The position numbers and the translations under genes were made by a program. The notes under the pieces are model-generated. The model was not told the origin of the DNA. It saw nothing but the letters and a program-made list of their open reading frames with translations, and searched no databases. A stretch of 64,000 nt of DNA. It comes from Octopus sinensis (taxonomy: Eukaryota). The stretch spans positions 11,222,001-11,286,000 of the forward strand of contig NC_043000.1 in assembly GCF_006345805.1 (NCBI RefSeq), in the 5' to 3' direction. Shown piece after piece: positions 35,899-49,368 of this stretch (within the stretch, counting starts at the first letter, position 1; each line of letters starts with the position of its first letter).

Positions 35899-37844
35899 GT
35901 GAGTGTTTAAAGTCTTCACTTTATGTTTAAGTATTTGTGTTTTAGGGTTATCATTCAGTGTCTAATTTTACAACACAATTATTTCATCATTATCATTTAA
36001 TGGCTGTTTTTCATGCTGGCATGGGTTGGATGGTTTGACCAGATCTGGCAAGCCAGAGAGCTGCACCAGGTTCCAGTTTGATTTAACATGGTTTCTATGG
36101 CTTGATGCCCTTCCTAACGCCAACCACTTTACAGTGTGTGCTAGGTGCTTTTAATGTGGCACCAACATGAGCACTTTTTGCATGTCATCAGCACAAGACT
36201 TTTGCAGGCCAATTCTCTTCACCAAGGAGAGTAGCCTTAACACTTCTGCGTGGAATATGGGTCTTCTTGAGTACAGTAAGGCACCAAGTATCTTGTGGTG
36301 AGTTGGCAGAATTGTTAGCATGCCGGGTGAAATGCTTAGCGGTATTTCATCCGATTTTACGTTCTGAGTTCAACTTTGCCTTTCATCCTTTCGGGGTCGA
36401 TTAAATAAGTACCAGTTACGCACTGGGGTCGATATAATCGACTTAATCTGTTTGTTTGTCCTCTGTGTTTAGCCCCTTGTGGGTAGTAAAGAAATAGGTA
36501 TCTCGGTCCTTTATCATCTCATCCAAAGGCTCAGCATTCTGAGGTTGCCCTTCAGTACTTCATCTCATGTCTTTTGGGGTCTCCCTCTTCAGCATGTTCC
36601 ACCTACTTTGAGAGCTCGGCACTTCTTTCTGGAGCTGTCCGAACCCATCTGTGTCACATGTCCGAACCAGTGCAGTATTCTCTTAATACACTGTTGAATA
36701 TGTACACTCACATTACACATCCAGTGGAGCATACTAGCCTCGTTCCTCTATATTTAAATATTGACAGAGGTGTGGGTGTGTTGTTGAAAAGCTTGCTTCC
36801 CAACCATGTGGTCTTGGGTTCACTCCCACTTTGCAGCTGCCTGAACAAATATCTTTTACTTTAGCCCCAGGCCCACCAAAGCCTCATGGGTTTGGTAGAA
36901 GGAAACTGAAAGAAGCCTGTTTGTGTGCACATGTGTATATATCTGTATGTATGACCTTTATGTTTGAAATGTGTTTGTCCTCTTGACAACTGGTGTCGGT
37001 TTGTTTGCATCATTTTTTTTTCTTTTTTTCACTTGTCCCAATAACAGGGCTGGGGCCATGCTGGAAGCATTGCCATTACAATAGCTGTACTTTGCCAATA
37101 GGGACTGACATATGTGGTAAATGAATTATTCGCTATGTTAGGCTACAGATCCTGTACTGCAACATTATATCCTCACATTCTACATTAGTATGACTAATAA
37201 GTCATTAGTATGATGTAGCTACCTTCATCCTTCATTTCCAGGTATTGAGAAATGAGAAGGACAAACACCTAGCTTGCTCTGCACTTAACAGACAAATTAG
37301 GTAACATCAACAGAAAAAAGAAACATTCTTTCCATCCTAGCATATAAAATACGAAGGTGTGTATTCTAGTGATAAGAGTGTTGCACTCATGATTACAGGA
37401 TCATGGTTTCATTTTCCAGACTATGTAGTACATTGTGTTCTTGAACAAAACACTTCATTTTCTCTTGCTCCAGCCTACTCATCTGCAAATGAGTAACTCT
37501 GCAGCAGAATTGGTACCTAGTTCTAGAAGAATGTTGTGATGTCAGTCACTTATATCATAGAAAGTTGGTCACCAGTCTTACAATCTTAGGACTCAAAACA
37601 GTAATATCCAGCACTTGATGTTGATTATATAAAACTGTTTAATGTGTGAGAGTGTGTGTATACATAGGTTTGGTTAATTAACAGGATTCCTATTTTAGAA
37701 AATCAATCCTGTTTTCAAGTAAGACTGTCCAACATCGATAAGATAACTAGTACATACCACTTTAGCATGTGGTATACTTAGCTATTTACACTAAAGCTAA
37801 TTCTAATGCTAAACCTTAATCCTAATCCTAATGCCAGTTCTTAT

Positions 37845-38060
37845 TTCTTTATTGCCCTCAAGGGGCTAAACACAGAGGGGACAAAGGGATTAAGTCGATT
37901 ACATCGACCCCAGTGCGTAACTGGTACTTAATTTATCGACCCCGAAAGGATGAAAGGCAAAGTCAACCTCGGCGGAATTTGAACTCAGAATGTAACAGCA
38001 GACAAAATACTGCTAAGCATTTCGCCTGGCGTGCTAACGATTCTGCCAGCTCACCGCCTT
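37845..38060 (-). mobile_element. SINE M, full length
   Basis: GGCGGTGAGCTGGCAGAAATCGTTAGCACGCC head. Confidence 0.9.
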
Positions 38061-38295
38061 ATAAGGAAACCAATTCTAACTCAGATTAGGTCATATCACA
38101 GTGTAGACTTAAGATACTGTGGGTAAACCACATAATCTTAATGCTAAACTTTAACCCTAACTCACATAAGTTCATTTCACAGTGTAGACTGTGGATATAC
38201 AGCAAATTACATGCTATGATAGCATCTATTAGTGTTTCCTGAATAAAATCTCTCAACAGTCAATATTTCAAAATTTCACTTTGTTTCTTTTTCAG

Positions 38296-39035
38296 AAATT
38301 GCTCCATCGTCACCATCAGTCTCTGGTTGTGAAAGTAGCCAAAGTTTGACTCCATATAGTGACAGTACACCACCTTTTGTTGGTTTAAAAGTAAGAACTA
38401 CACCAGTTAGTTCACCATCCACCTTGTCCATTAAAGACTGGCTGAAAAAGCCTGTCAGTGATTGGACTTCGGTGAATTCTCCGGAAAATAGCCAGATTGA
38501 AATGTGTAACTTGATAGATGAAGAGCAGGACAACCATCTGATAGAAAATTCTTCTCCATGTAGCAGTCAACTTGAGAAAAGAAAAAATACTGCTAAGCGG
38601 AAACTGGAGAGTTCCTATACTGCTCCTACGTGTCAAAGTCCAACTAAACAAAGAAACATTCTCCGCACGCCCAACTGGGAAAATCCTAATCAGCAAGAAA
38701 ATTTTAACAGATCGAATCTCGTGTTAAAATCTCCCGAGAAAAGTTCCTCATCTAGTAAATGTCTGTTCCCAGCCAGCAAACAAATCAAAGATCAGTTGGT
38801 AGATATGGAAAATACCCCAACAAATACAGAAATTTCCTTTTGTGAAAGAACTCGATCAGAGAAAGATTCCAGTGATTCTAAACCTTTAACCAGTTCTCCT
38901 GGTTATTCAGTTTTTGATGTTCTCAGATCTTCAGGCCATTCACCATTACATTCTCATTCTAGTAAAAGAACACCAAAATCAGCCAGAAGTAACCGGAAGC
39001 CTTTACAAAAAGGATCTCCAGAGGTAAAGATTTAA
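38296..39035 (+). CDS. DTL: DTL exon 14 (S/P-rich disordered tail); ends at donor 39023/39024 or stop 39033-39035
   Basis: Phase-1 acceptor ttcag at 38295 in frame with ORF 38346-39035; AKRKLESS resembles human VKRRLDSS; many SP/TP sites. Confidence 0.85.
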
Positions 39036-39059
39036 TTTATTTTTACTTGTTTGGTAATA

Positions 39060-39200
39060 TAAGGTTGTCCCAAAAGTTTGTAGAAAGTCTTGGAAAATAA
39101 TGGTCTTTATTTTGAGGAATGATTTTTGTTGTTTTTGTTAGTACTTGGCGAGTAAAAATTCAATTTTCGCAAGTGTTTACGAACTTTTGGGACAACCTAA
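39060..39200. mobile_element. Mariner-like 141-bp MITE
   Basis: TA|TAAGGTTGTCCCAAAAGTT ... AACTTTTGGGACAACCTAA|TA. Confidence 0.85.
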
Positions 39201-39400
39201 TATTAATTACATAATCATTTTCAGTATCAAATAAATTTAGCATATTTATCATCATTATTCATGATGTGGGTAAACAAACATATATCTTTGAGAAATAAAT
39301 AGTGCAACAAAAGTAGTATTTTGCCAAAGAGTAAAATACTCACCATTTAAAAATGAATGTTGTGTTAAAACACACATACTACAATATTTATCAAGAGAGA

Positions 39401-39783
39401 GGCGCAGGAGTGGCTGTGTGGTAGGTAGCTTGCTAACCAACCACATGGTTCCGGGTTCAGTCCCACTGCGTGGCATCTTGGGCAAGTGTCTTCTGCTATA
39501 GCCCCGGGCCGACCAATGCCTTGTGAGTGGATTTGGTAGACGGAAACTGAAAGAAGCCTGTCGTATATATATATATAAGTGTTTGTGTGTCTGTGTTTGT
39601 CCCCCTAGCATTGCTTGACAACCGATGCTGGTGTGTTTACGTCCCCGTCACTTAGCGGTTGAGCAAAAGAGACCGATAGAATAAGTACTGGGCTTACTAA
39701 GAATAAGTCCCGGGGTCGATTTGCTCGACTAAAGGCGGTGCTCCAGCATGGCCACAGTCAAATGACTGAAACAAGTAAAAGAG
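39401..39783 (+). mobile_element. SINE A, full length
   Basis: GGCGCAGGAGTGGCTGTGTGG A box, GGGTTCAGTCCC B box, CTTGGGCAAGTG CORE-like segment. Confidence 0.9.
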
Positions 39784-41853
39784 AAAAACTTTCATATGGT
39801 TTTATGGTGCTTAAAGGCACATCATAACTATCGCCAGCAGCAGACAGTCACCACTACTACTTCCACTGCCAGGACTATCGGATCATATAATTTCAGCCTC
39901 TTTTGGTCTTGTCTTTAGTAGATACCTGGCTGCTGGAAATAGCAGTAGCTACTGTGCTAGTGATATACATAGAATACAGAGCCCTATCAGGCAGTGTTGT
40001 TGCTAAAAGCTAGTGAGCTTCTTAAAAAAAGTGGCAGAAGCTGTATTAATAACTAAAGGTAAAATATTCACTACTTAGAAGTGGATGTTATTTTTAGACC
40101 AGTCAAATATTGCAATATATACCAAGAGATATATGATTAAAACGTTTTTTGGTAGTGTAGAGAATAGTGTATTAGTACTATGGTTAGTTAGAAGAAATGA
40201 AGGAATTGTTCCTTAGTTTATTTTTATACAAGTGCAAAAAGTCTTCAAATTTTCAAAGGAAATAAAATAAAATATTTACATTTTTATATTCTTATTGTAA
40301 ATAGTATAGGTGCAGGAGTGGCTGTGTGGTAAGTAGCTTGCTTACCAACCACATGGTTCCGGGATCATTCCCACTGCATGGCACCTCGGGCAAGTGTCTT
40401 CTACTATAGCCTCGGGCCAACCAAAACAAGTAAAAGAGAGAATATACTTCATCTTACATTATTTTCATTTCATTACATTTCTTTGGAAAATTGAAGATTT
40501 TCGGTACCAACTAAGGAACAAATCCTTCCCCTCTGATTATACATACGCCCATATAATGTGTTTTTGTTTTTCCCCAGAGTCGCAACCAATCCATATTGAC
40601 CTTTATCAATCGAAACACACCCCACAACTGACAGGATTATGGAAGGAAGATAAAAACTACATTTTATTACTCTCAAAACCAAACTGACTTCAACCAAAGG
40701 AAATTTTTTCACCATATATTTTCTTTACCAACCTAACGTGAGGTTTACTAAAGGAATTTCACTACCTGAAATATGGGTTTGACCTTGTTTCAAAGGTCAC
40801 TTTAAATCTTTATCATATTTTTTCCATTATTGTTCATCCTGAACCAAGCAATGTTTGTGGCCTCAATCTCTTAATATATGAATAGGGCATATTTTTCAGG
40901 TGTACAGTTTTACTGAAAGTTAACCAGGAGAATTTTTTATTTATTTTATTTTGGCTGACTTTATATGTCTTGGTGCAGACTGTTGAACTGTGCATTTGAT
41001 ATTGCCTATCGGTGCATTGTTGTGTCGCAATAAACATTGCACAATATATATATGATCTCAAGTTGTGCCTACTTAAACATGAACCCATTAATGACCTTAG
41101 GGTTTTCCAGATTACTCTTAGATTTGTCTCTCAAAATTCTTGTTATATCATCACTCATAACAGAAATCTCAGGATTTATTTACAATTCTTTTTTTAAATG
41201 AAATACTCCAACTCAAAATGTAATCTTTTATTTTTGTGGAAATGTTGCAGATGGTAGGTACAGAAACAGAATGTTAAGGTACCACATGGTTTCGAGTTTT
41301 GTTCCATTGCATGACACTTTTGGGCAAGTGTCTTCCACTATAGCTCTGGGCCAACTGAAACCTTGTGAGTGGATTTGGTAGACAGAAACTGTAAACACCC
41401 ATTGTATGTATGTGAGTTATTGTCTCCTTGCTTTTACATCCTGTGATAATTTGTGAGTGTCATCATCATGCAAGCTGTGTCCTTCGTTTCTGATCTTCCA
41501 AGACATATCCAGTCATGGGGAAATATTACCTTACTTGGAAACAGGTGAGGGTTGGGGACAGGAAGGGCATCTAACCATCAAAAATCTCAACAAATTCTGT
41601 TTCATTCATTTGTGCAGGGAAAAGTGAACATTAAATGATGATGATGGTGATGGTGTTGATATTACCATTCATCCACAGAAGAGTGATAAAATAAATACCA
41701 TCTCTACACTTGGTGGCTAAGATGATAGTTGTAATTGGATGCCTTTATAGTATGTGTTTTTAATTTTAAGCCCTGTTGGATTCATTCTTTCTTTGTGTGA
41801 AACAAAAGCATCCTAAGATGCTTTTTAAAAAATTTTTTATTGTTCTAATTTAG

Positions 41854-42075
41854 AAAAAAGATCAACATTCCAGTTTTGCTTCCAAATCTCTTACACTTTT
41901 CCATCCAAGTTGTAGTAACCAAGAATCTTTGTCTTCCCAAATTATGACCATATGCCTTTTCTCATTCGTATTTCTTCATTCTGTAGGGAGTAAGTTATTT
42001 TGGATCACATCAAGCTGTGTGTGTGTGACTTCTTCATTATCTCTATGGTATTTGCTTTTAATTGTGTTTGTCTAG
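41854..42075 (+). CDS. DTL: Possible DTL terminal exon
   Basis: Good polypyrimidine acceptor, phase 0 matches donor at 39024; KKDQHSSFASKSLTLFHP loosely resembles the human C-terminal KICTYFHR; rest of frame unconvincing. Confidence 0.25.
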   Translation, partial: KKDQHSSFASKSLTLFHPSCSNQESLSSQIMTICLFSFVFLHSVGSKLFWITSSCVCVTSSLSLWYLLLIVFV

Positions 42076-43289
42076 CTCTGGATAGCATTACTCAAATAGA
42101 ACTACATGGCAGAGCTAACTGAATGTGGATCAGAAACAGTTAAAGGCCCTCTGTCTTCAACATTGAGATACACATTATCCACCTATGCTGGTTTTAGATT
42201 GAGCTTGTTCAGATGTGGCCTCCTTTTTTTTTAATGTGAGGCATGTTATTCTTAGATTTTGGTCTTGAAACATCCAGTGTTTCTTGAAGATTTGGCTGTT
42301 ATATATAATCATGTTCAGGAAATGTAGAAACTTTCTATGTTTATACACCACCATCATTAGCAGCCCATGGGTTGGGCAAAACTTGTCACATCTCTGTATG
42401 AAATATAAATTTTGCAATAGTTTGGGGTATCACAGCTCTCTTACATCATGTGTACCTAACTTGAAAACTTGCTCCCTAAGTCAGTAACTTTCTTTAAGAT
42501 AATCAAAATTGAGCATAGAATTTCTAGAAAGAAAAGAAAATCAAAGGTAATCATATATGCTGTTAGTCCTATTATAACATGTGGATTATATTAATTGTTC
42601 GTAGGGCACTGTATTTTGCCATGCTACTATAATATACTACTAAGTATGTTAGAGGCTTTTAAGTCAATACTGTATTTTAAAGTTCCCTGCAGATTTTCTA
42701 TCAAAGCCAGGGCCATGAAACATCATAACTTCCAGTGCTGGCTCTAGTTTCTATAGAAAATCTGTGGGGGTAACTTTAAAAAGTGATGAGGATTATAGTA
42801 TATTGAATATATGTAGAAAATATGGTGTTTCACAGCATCATTCAGTTTGTCTCCATTGAAGAGATACTTCAAATGGAAGCATAGAATCTCTTCTGTTTCA
42901 AACCTAGTGCAATAATTTACATTACCAGAGATTCATACTTGAAAATTTTTAAGGCTGAGAAGAAAAGTCATTTCAATATTTCTTGGTAACTGTTTCAACT
43001 CTGTTCGACCAGTGGTATGTATTGGATCAAACTTTTAGATACGCTTATATTTGAATATCAAATAAATTCACTTTTTTTTTTTTTCCCCCCCATACTTGGC
43101 ATTCAGTCATCATAGTTAAAATTTATTTGAATTTCAAAAATGATAAATAATAGTGGTAAAGGAGGAATAGAATTATGGAAAACCATAAAACATTACAATA
43201 AGAATTTTAATGTTCAAATAACATTGGGAAGGAATGGATCAAAATAAATGGGGGAAGAAAAATGAATGTATTTATCTGACAACCCAATA

Positions 43290-43470
43290 TATGGGTATAT
43301 ATATATGTACGTATATATATATGTGTGTGTATATATATATATATGTGCGTATATATATATGTGTGTGTATATATATATATATGTGCGTATATATATATGT
43401 GTGTATATATGTATATGTGTGTGTGTGTATATGTATACATATATATGTATATATATTATATATATATAAT
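43290..43470. repeat. Compound (TA/TG) microsatellite
   Basis: Direct reading. Confidence 0.95.
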
Positions 43471-43849
43471 GGTGTATGCATGTATATTACCATACAATGT
43501 GGCTGTGAAGGTGAGATGCTATTACATGTAAATATTGAATTCCAATTAATAAACAGTATTGTAAATTTTTGTTTCTTTGTTTTTAAAAACTTTTTTCTCA
43601 GCTGCCATTGTGTTATTAAACCTTTCTTGTTGCCATATTTTTGTTGAAATGCACAGCCTTTCTTTTTATTAATCATGGAAATAACTGAAGAATTCAGTAT
43701 AACTGTTTATAAGCTGCAGTTTGAAACCTAAATTAGCATAAAATTTTGATGGAAGGTTTTTTTCTCAACTCAGATCACTTTAAAACAAGAAGTTTGTTTT
43801 AAAGAACCAAAGATGGTTTCAAGTCAGTTGTATCAAAATGGTTATACAT

Positions 43850-44575
43850 ATTTAAATTGGCCATACCGGCCAAAATATTGTACCTGCTTTATGTTGAAAC
43901 TGACCAAATCTGGTCCCTCACACCTACAATGTCATAAAAATAAACAATCACATCATCAAGCACTTGAAGCTATAGGATAATTCATGGAGCGTGATTGTTG
44001 CCAGAGCGGCTAACTGGCTTCTGTGCCAGTGGCATGTAGGAGGCACCATTCGAGCAGGATCGTTACCAGCGTCGCCTTACTGGCACGTAAAAGCACCCAC
44101 TACACTCTCGGAGTGGTTGGCGTTAGGAAGGGCATCCAGCTGTAGAAACTCTGCCAGATCAGGACAGGAGCCTGGTGCAGCCATCTGGTTCACTAGCCCA
44201 CAGTCAAACCGTCCAACCCATGCTAGCATGGAAAGCGGACGTTAAACGATGATGATGATGATGATGATGACTTCAAAACAATGTGAATAAATAAGCATCA
44301 TATTTCAATGGAAATTGCAGCTGTGATACCAGTGCCGGTGACAAGTAAGTGAACCATCCGATCGTGGCCGTTGCCAGTCTCGCCTGGCCCCCGTGTAAAA
44401 AGTACCTACTACATTCACGGAGTGGTTGGCGTTAGGAAGGGCATCCAGCCGTAGAAACACTGCCAGGACTGGGCCTGATGCAGCCTTCTGGCTTCACAGA
44501 CCCCAGTTGAACCGTCCAACCCATGCTAGCATGGAAAGCGGGCGCTAAATGATGATATAAACACTAAAGGATTAA
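43850..44575. mobile_element. piggyBac-like MITE relic with two nested RTE 3' ends (43985-44270, 44315-44555)
   Basis: Reverse complement of 7969-8188 family pieces either side of the RTE ends. Confidence 0.55.
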
Positions 44576-46780
44576 ATGGGATCTACAAACCAAGCCCTTA
44601 AGTGGAACTTGAAGAAACAGATGGGATGCTACTCAGAGGAAACTGGTGCCAGATGCTTTAAATAAAAGGACTTTTAATGATGCTGTTTAACCCTTGGTCA
44701 TATTTGATCTAGGTTTTGTTTTTGTTTTTAAGGAGTGTGTAAGACTACATTGACTATAGTGTTATTCCTTGTTTAAGATGTAAGGATCTAAGGAGATAGG
44801 CTGAGTGTTTGTGTCTGGGCTTCCTTTGTTCATTATTTAGTATGAATACTAGATGTAGCAGACTGGGGTATGTATTACAATCCAAATATACAGAATTGTA
44901 AGATTTAACTTTAGGAGGTAAAAACGTGGCAGTTGTAACTGCTGTGTCTTGATTGAAACCATTAGTGGTAATCACTCACTGATAAATATCGCTATTTTGC
45001 TTTTTTGAAAAATTAGCCAAAAATATCTAGATAATACATTCCGGTAGTTGTAGGCTCTTCAGGTGTAACAAGACACCTTCAATGTAGTGAAAGCATCTAT
45101 CATGACAAGGACACCAGTCTGGTTAATACAGGTGGCGAGCTGGCAGATATGTTAATTGCTTAGCGATATTTCGTCTGTCTTTACGTTCTGAGTTCAAATT
45201 CTGCCGAGGTCAACTTTGCCGTGCATCCTTTCGAGGTCGATCTAATTGACTGGCCCCCTCCCCCCAAATTTTGGTCCTTGTGCCTAGAGTAGAAAAGAAT
45301 ATAGGCTATGAATACATAAAAAGTGTATATGTCAATAAAATATTGTATCATTGCTCTCTGTTTGCTCCCGACCTGTGCGTTCTACCCACATGCCCTGTCT
45401 CACTCTGTTGTTATCTGCTCGCCCCCGACCTGGGTGTTCCACCAACACATAAAACTTTTCCCTCGCCCTACCCCCAACAAACCAATCTACATCTCTTTCT
45501 CTCATTTACGTCTTCATACACCCCTGTTCCTCTCTATCCGGTAGACCCTCCCCAACTCCATATACCCAGGTCTTTCACCACTTACACTCTCTTCGCAATA
45601 TTATGGCATTTGAACCTCATGGGTTTGCCATGGCACTTGCCACCATCTATATCCCTCTTCCTTTACTCAACCACCTCATTTATATTCTGATGCCCGGCAT
45701 TTTGCCACCATCTATATCCTGCTGTCTCCCACTCTCTCTCTCTCCTGCACTTCCCTCAGGTTGGGCAACCGTATATTTTCTTAGCAATAGCACGCCTGTT
45801 CCTTTCTTCATTCCTGATGTTTATCTCTCCGGCCGGGTAACTTTGTCCTTCCCCTACAGCAAGACGCCTGTATCTGTCTCACCTCCTCCTCTCTTAAAAT
45901 TTTTTCTTTTGTTACGTCCTGCAAGTACTTGGTGACCCTGTCAGTGCAGCTGCCACTTAAAAGCACCCAATCTACACCATAATGTGTTTGGTGTTTGGAA
46001 GGGCATCCAGCTGTAAAAGCCTTGCTAAAACTGACATCGCTTGTGTCACATAAAAAGCACTAAGTCCACTCTGCTAAGTGGTTGGTGTTAGGAAGGGCAT
46101 CCAGCTGTAAAAATCCTGCCAAAACAGTCATAGAAGTCTGGTGCAGGATTCGGCATGGCCGGCTTTTGTGGTACCGTCCCACCCATGCTAGCATGGAAGA
46201 CGGGCATTAAACAATGATGACACGCGACGGGCTTCATTCAGTTTCTAATCTCCCAAACCCATTCACAAAGCTTTAGTTAACTGGGGCTAGGATAGCAAAA
46301 ACTTGCCCAAAATGTCATGCAGTGGGACAACCCGAAATCACATGGCTGACATTGTTACGTCTACGCTCTATATATAACGGACTCTACCGTTGGTTTCATC
46401 TTAACAACAATCCAACAATCTATTCTGCTTGAATGTTTAAGTCCTGACAAGGAAGATTTACAAATTAATCCACTCATTGTGCAAGGGTGTGGATTACGGG
46501 ACTCTTACTGCTATATTTAATAATGCTTTTGTCCTCCCTCTTGTTGCCGATGGATATAGCCAGGCCCACCGGAGACCTATTCCCTTATATCACTCTCCAG
46601 TGTCCGTGAAACATTTGTTGAGAATAATATTGTTCTACTTAAGATCTACAGAGAAGTTTATCGATTGTGGCTAAGCAGCTCGCCTCTGGATCCAGCCAGC
46701 CTCTCTTGAATTGGAAGCTTCCTGTAAGATCGCACAATGGCAGTATTCATTGGTGTGGTTCTCTCTAATTAATACCAATT

Positions 46781-47017
46781 ACAGTTCTATATTTAAGAGA
46801 TGAGGACTTATGTACATTATTTACAATTGACGGATATTTGTCTTCATCTTCTTTGTTGTTACCACTACATATGCCCACGGGCATATGGCGTAGTGGTTAA
46901 GGGCGCGGGCTACTAAACCCAAGATTCCGAGTTCGATTCCAGGCAGTGACCTGACTAATAATAATAACAACAACGAAAAATGCCTTAGGAATCAGAATCC
47001 AGGTTCGAAATTTCCCC
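46781..47017. mobile_element. Second inverted dimer of the same SINE (both arms deleted, no hammerhead left)
   Basis: CATATGCCC-ac-GGGCATATG centre at 46868-46887; left arm has complete tail ACAGTTCTATATTTAAGAGATGAGG; right arm head to TTTCCCC with A box TGGCGTAGTGG and B box GAGTTCGATTCC. Confidence 0.8.
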
Positions 47018-47019
47018 GG

Positions 47020-47230
47020 AACAGTATGATACTTCCGAGGATTGACTACTGTTCTCAGTTGTGGTCACCAACAACAAAGGGCCAACTATCTAAGATGGAA
47101 TCGCTCCAAAGAAATTTTACCTCATACTTCTCAGAAACGAGGGACCTGGACTATTGGCAAAGACTCAAAACCTTGAGGATGTACTCAATAGAAAGATTTG
47201 AGCGATACCGAATTATATACATTTGGAAAA
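47020..47230 (+). mobile_element. CR1-group LINE post-RT relic
   Basis: ILPRIDYCSQLWSP..MESLQRNFT..LDYWQRLKTLRMYSIER-ERYRIIYIWKMIE. Confidence 0.85.
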
Positions 47231-47841
47231 TGATAGAGCAGCTGACTGGCGGTTGCGGGTTCGAATCTCAGACCGGGCGATGTGTGTGTGAAACACTTAA
47301 GCTCCACGTGACTCCGGCAGAAGGTAATGGCGAACTTCTGCTGACACTTTCGCCACAACTTTCTCTCACTCTTGCAGCTCACCTACGACGGAATGGCGTC
47401 CCGTCCAGGTGGGAAACCTATACGCCAAGGAAACCGGCCCTTATGAGCCAGGAATGACTCGAGAAGGAACAAACAACTTGACCATCGCGTCTGTGCCGAG
47501 TTATTAAGCACTACATTATCCAGTAAATTTATTTTCCGTAAGGTATGGGTTGTGATTTGAAGGAATTTGATTGTTATCTTTAGCAGATAAGCAACCACAT
47601 ATGCCCCTCATTACCTTGAAAAACTTAAGATGCTTATGGAACTTACGTTTTTCAAGCACTCGCCTAAGTACTAACAAGACTTGGCGTTGCTTAACATCGG
47701 TAATTGGACGAGAACTGTAATATTACCGTAAGCAATTGAAGTTTGTACAACTTAGTGGCCTACTTAGAGGACCTACGAATTCTTTGTGATGATTTGAACT
47801 CACAAATCATATTTCACACATACTATATATAAATTCTATTT

Positions 47842-47958
<117 letters not shown>

Positions 47959-48021
47959 TGTGTGTAATTGGGCATAGATAAATATCGCTGACAGTTGGGA
48001 CGAGTAAAGAAAATTTCCTCA

Positions 48022-48044
48022 ATGCAACGCTATCTCCCAATTTG
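48022..48044 (+). CDS. Candidate orphan gene exon 1
   Basis: ATG CAA CGC TAT CTC CCA ATT TG|GTAAGT; phase 2. Confidence 0.35.
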
Positions 48045-48529
48045 GTAAGTCTAAGAAAAGCTATTACTAACATTTTCGTTTGCAAAAACACACTGAAGCC
48101 AGGAATACAGGAACTCGTTTTCTTTAAAAACAAAGTTGTCATAATCTGTCCTATGGTATTCTGGATATTTTTATAATTTAGTTTATCTGTATAGCTTATC
48201 AGCTTCGTCACTACAACCAGGATCGAGAATACCAGCAACAGGACCAGTGGTATTAGTAGCTAAGTCGATAAATGAATGCATGGTTACATCTGCTCGACAT
48301 TGAATACCCCTTTATTAAAAGATGGAGCTCATGATTTGGCGGGACATTAGTGTCTACATTTATGCATTCGCTAGCCATTTCTGCACCATACAAAATCTAA
48401 TTGTAATAGAATATAATTCGGAGTGTGATGAAGTTTTTAACTCCTGTCAGTACCGAAATGATGAAGGAAAAAAAATGGGAGCAAAGCAGCGGAAGACGGA
48501 TGATATGGGCCACATATCTTGGAACAAGA

Positions 48530-48790
48530 AGGGTGCTTTGTCGCGGAAATGACAGCGATGGTGTTGCTGCGAAGAATGGTCGGCGACACTCGCCGCAGTA
48601 GCCATTCCACCTCGCGGAGCTCATTTCTCCGACGGGCCGCCGTTATCCCAATTATGTGGAAGAAAGCAGTAATATGGGGTCCTAGAAAACCTGATGTCTC
48701 GATGGCTGCTGGCCAAGCTCCTGTACTAAGTGATTTTTCTCTCTTTCGCGTTACGGCATGGTTTGTGACAAATGCGGCGAGGCTGGAGCT
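48530..48790 (-). mobile_element. CRE-like non-LTR retrotransposon C-terminal relic
   Basis: WPAAIETSGFLGPHITAFFHIIG..RNELREVEWLLRRVSPTILRSNTIAV. Confidence 0.6.
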
Positions 48791-49257
48791 GTATATTTCT
48801 CTGTAAGTTTACTGAAAATTTGTGTCCTGAAAGTCCCAATATTTCTGTCTTAAAGTGAAGTAATAGTCTACCGAAACTCGAAATAGTTTAAACAATGCCA
48901 GTTAACTTCATTCTCTTCAAACCCATAAAGAGTTAATATCGAACAATTTTCCATTGAGAATTTCCTTGGAAGTAGATTTAAGTCAGGAAAGCCATTGATG
49001 GAGACTAAAAATGGGTGCGACTGCTTAAGTCCTCGTTCAAACCACTTAAATCTGAATCCGTACTCAGACATAAAACGTATTTTTCTTTTCTATATTACTA
49101 TTATGAAATAAGACTTCCTATAGTATGTTTCATACCTCATTTCTAAAATTTCTTTCAAAATTGAAACTGCCAAGAAACAACATTATTTAATATCAAATGT
49201 TTTTTACTAAGAAAAAATTTAATTCAATGATTGTATATATATTTTTTTATTCGTTAG

Positions 49258-49368
49258 TTGTGTCTGTGAAACTAGAAGTAGGATGCTTAAAATCTTGGGT
49301 ATCTACATCTGCCGCGTGTGTTATGGAGAAGTGGAGACATTGAGGAAAAATAAATTTCGCAGTAAAAG
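49258..49368 (+). CDS. Candidate orphan gene exon 2 (C4 zinc-finger-like)
   Basis: ttttttattcgttag acceptor, GTAGGT donor, 111-nt phase 2-2 open exon CVCETRSRMLKILGIYICRVCYGEVETLRKNKFRSK. Confidence 0.45.

Noticed and set aside
37242-37300. Possible extra DTL exon
   Set aside because: Open only in phase 0 to 2; in the required phase 1 it hits TGA after three codons.
43207-43676. Overlapping Y/I/H/C-rich ORFs
   Set aside because: Products of a TA/TG microsatellite.
46879-46950. tRNA-like sequences here and at 21051, 39401, 53494 and others
   Set aside because: SINE heads without an intact acceptor stem, continuing into repeat bodies; not functional tRNA genes.
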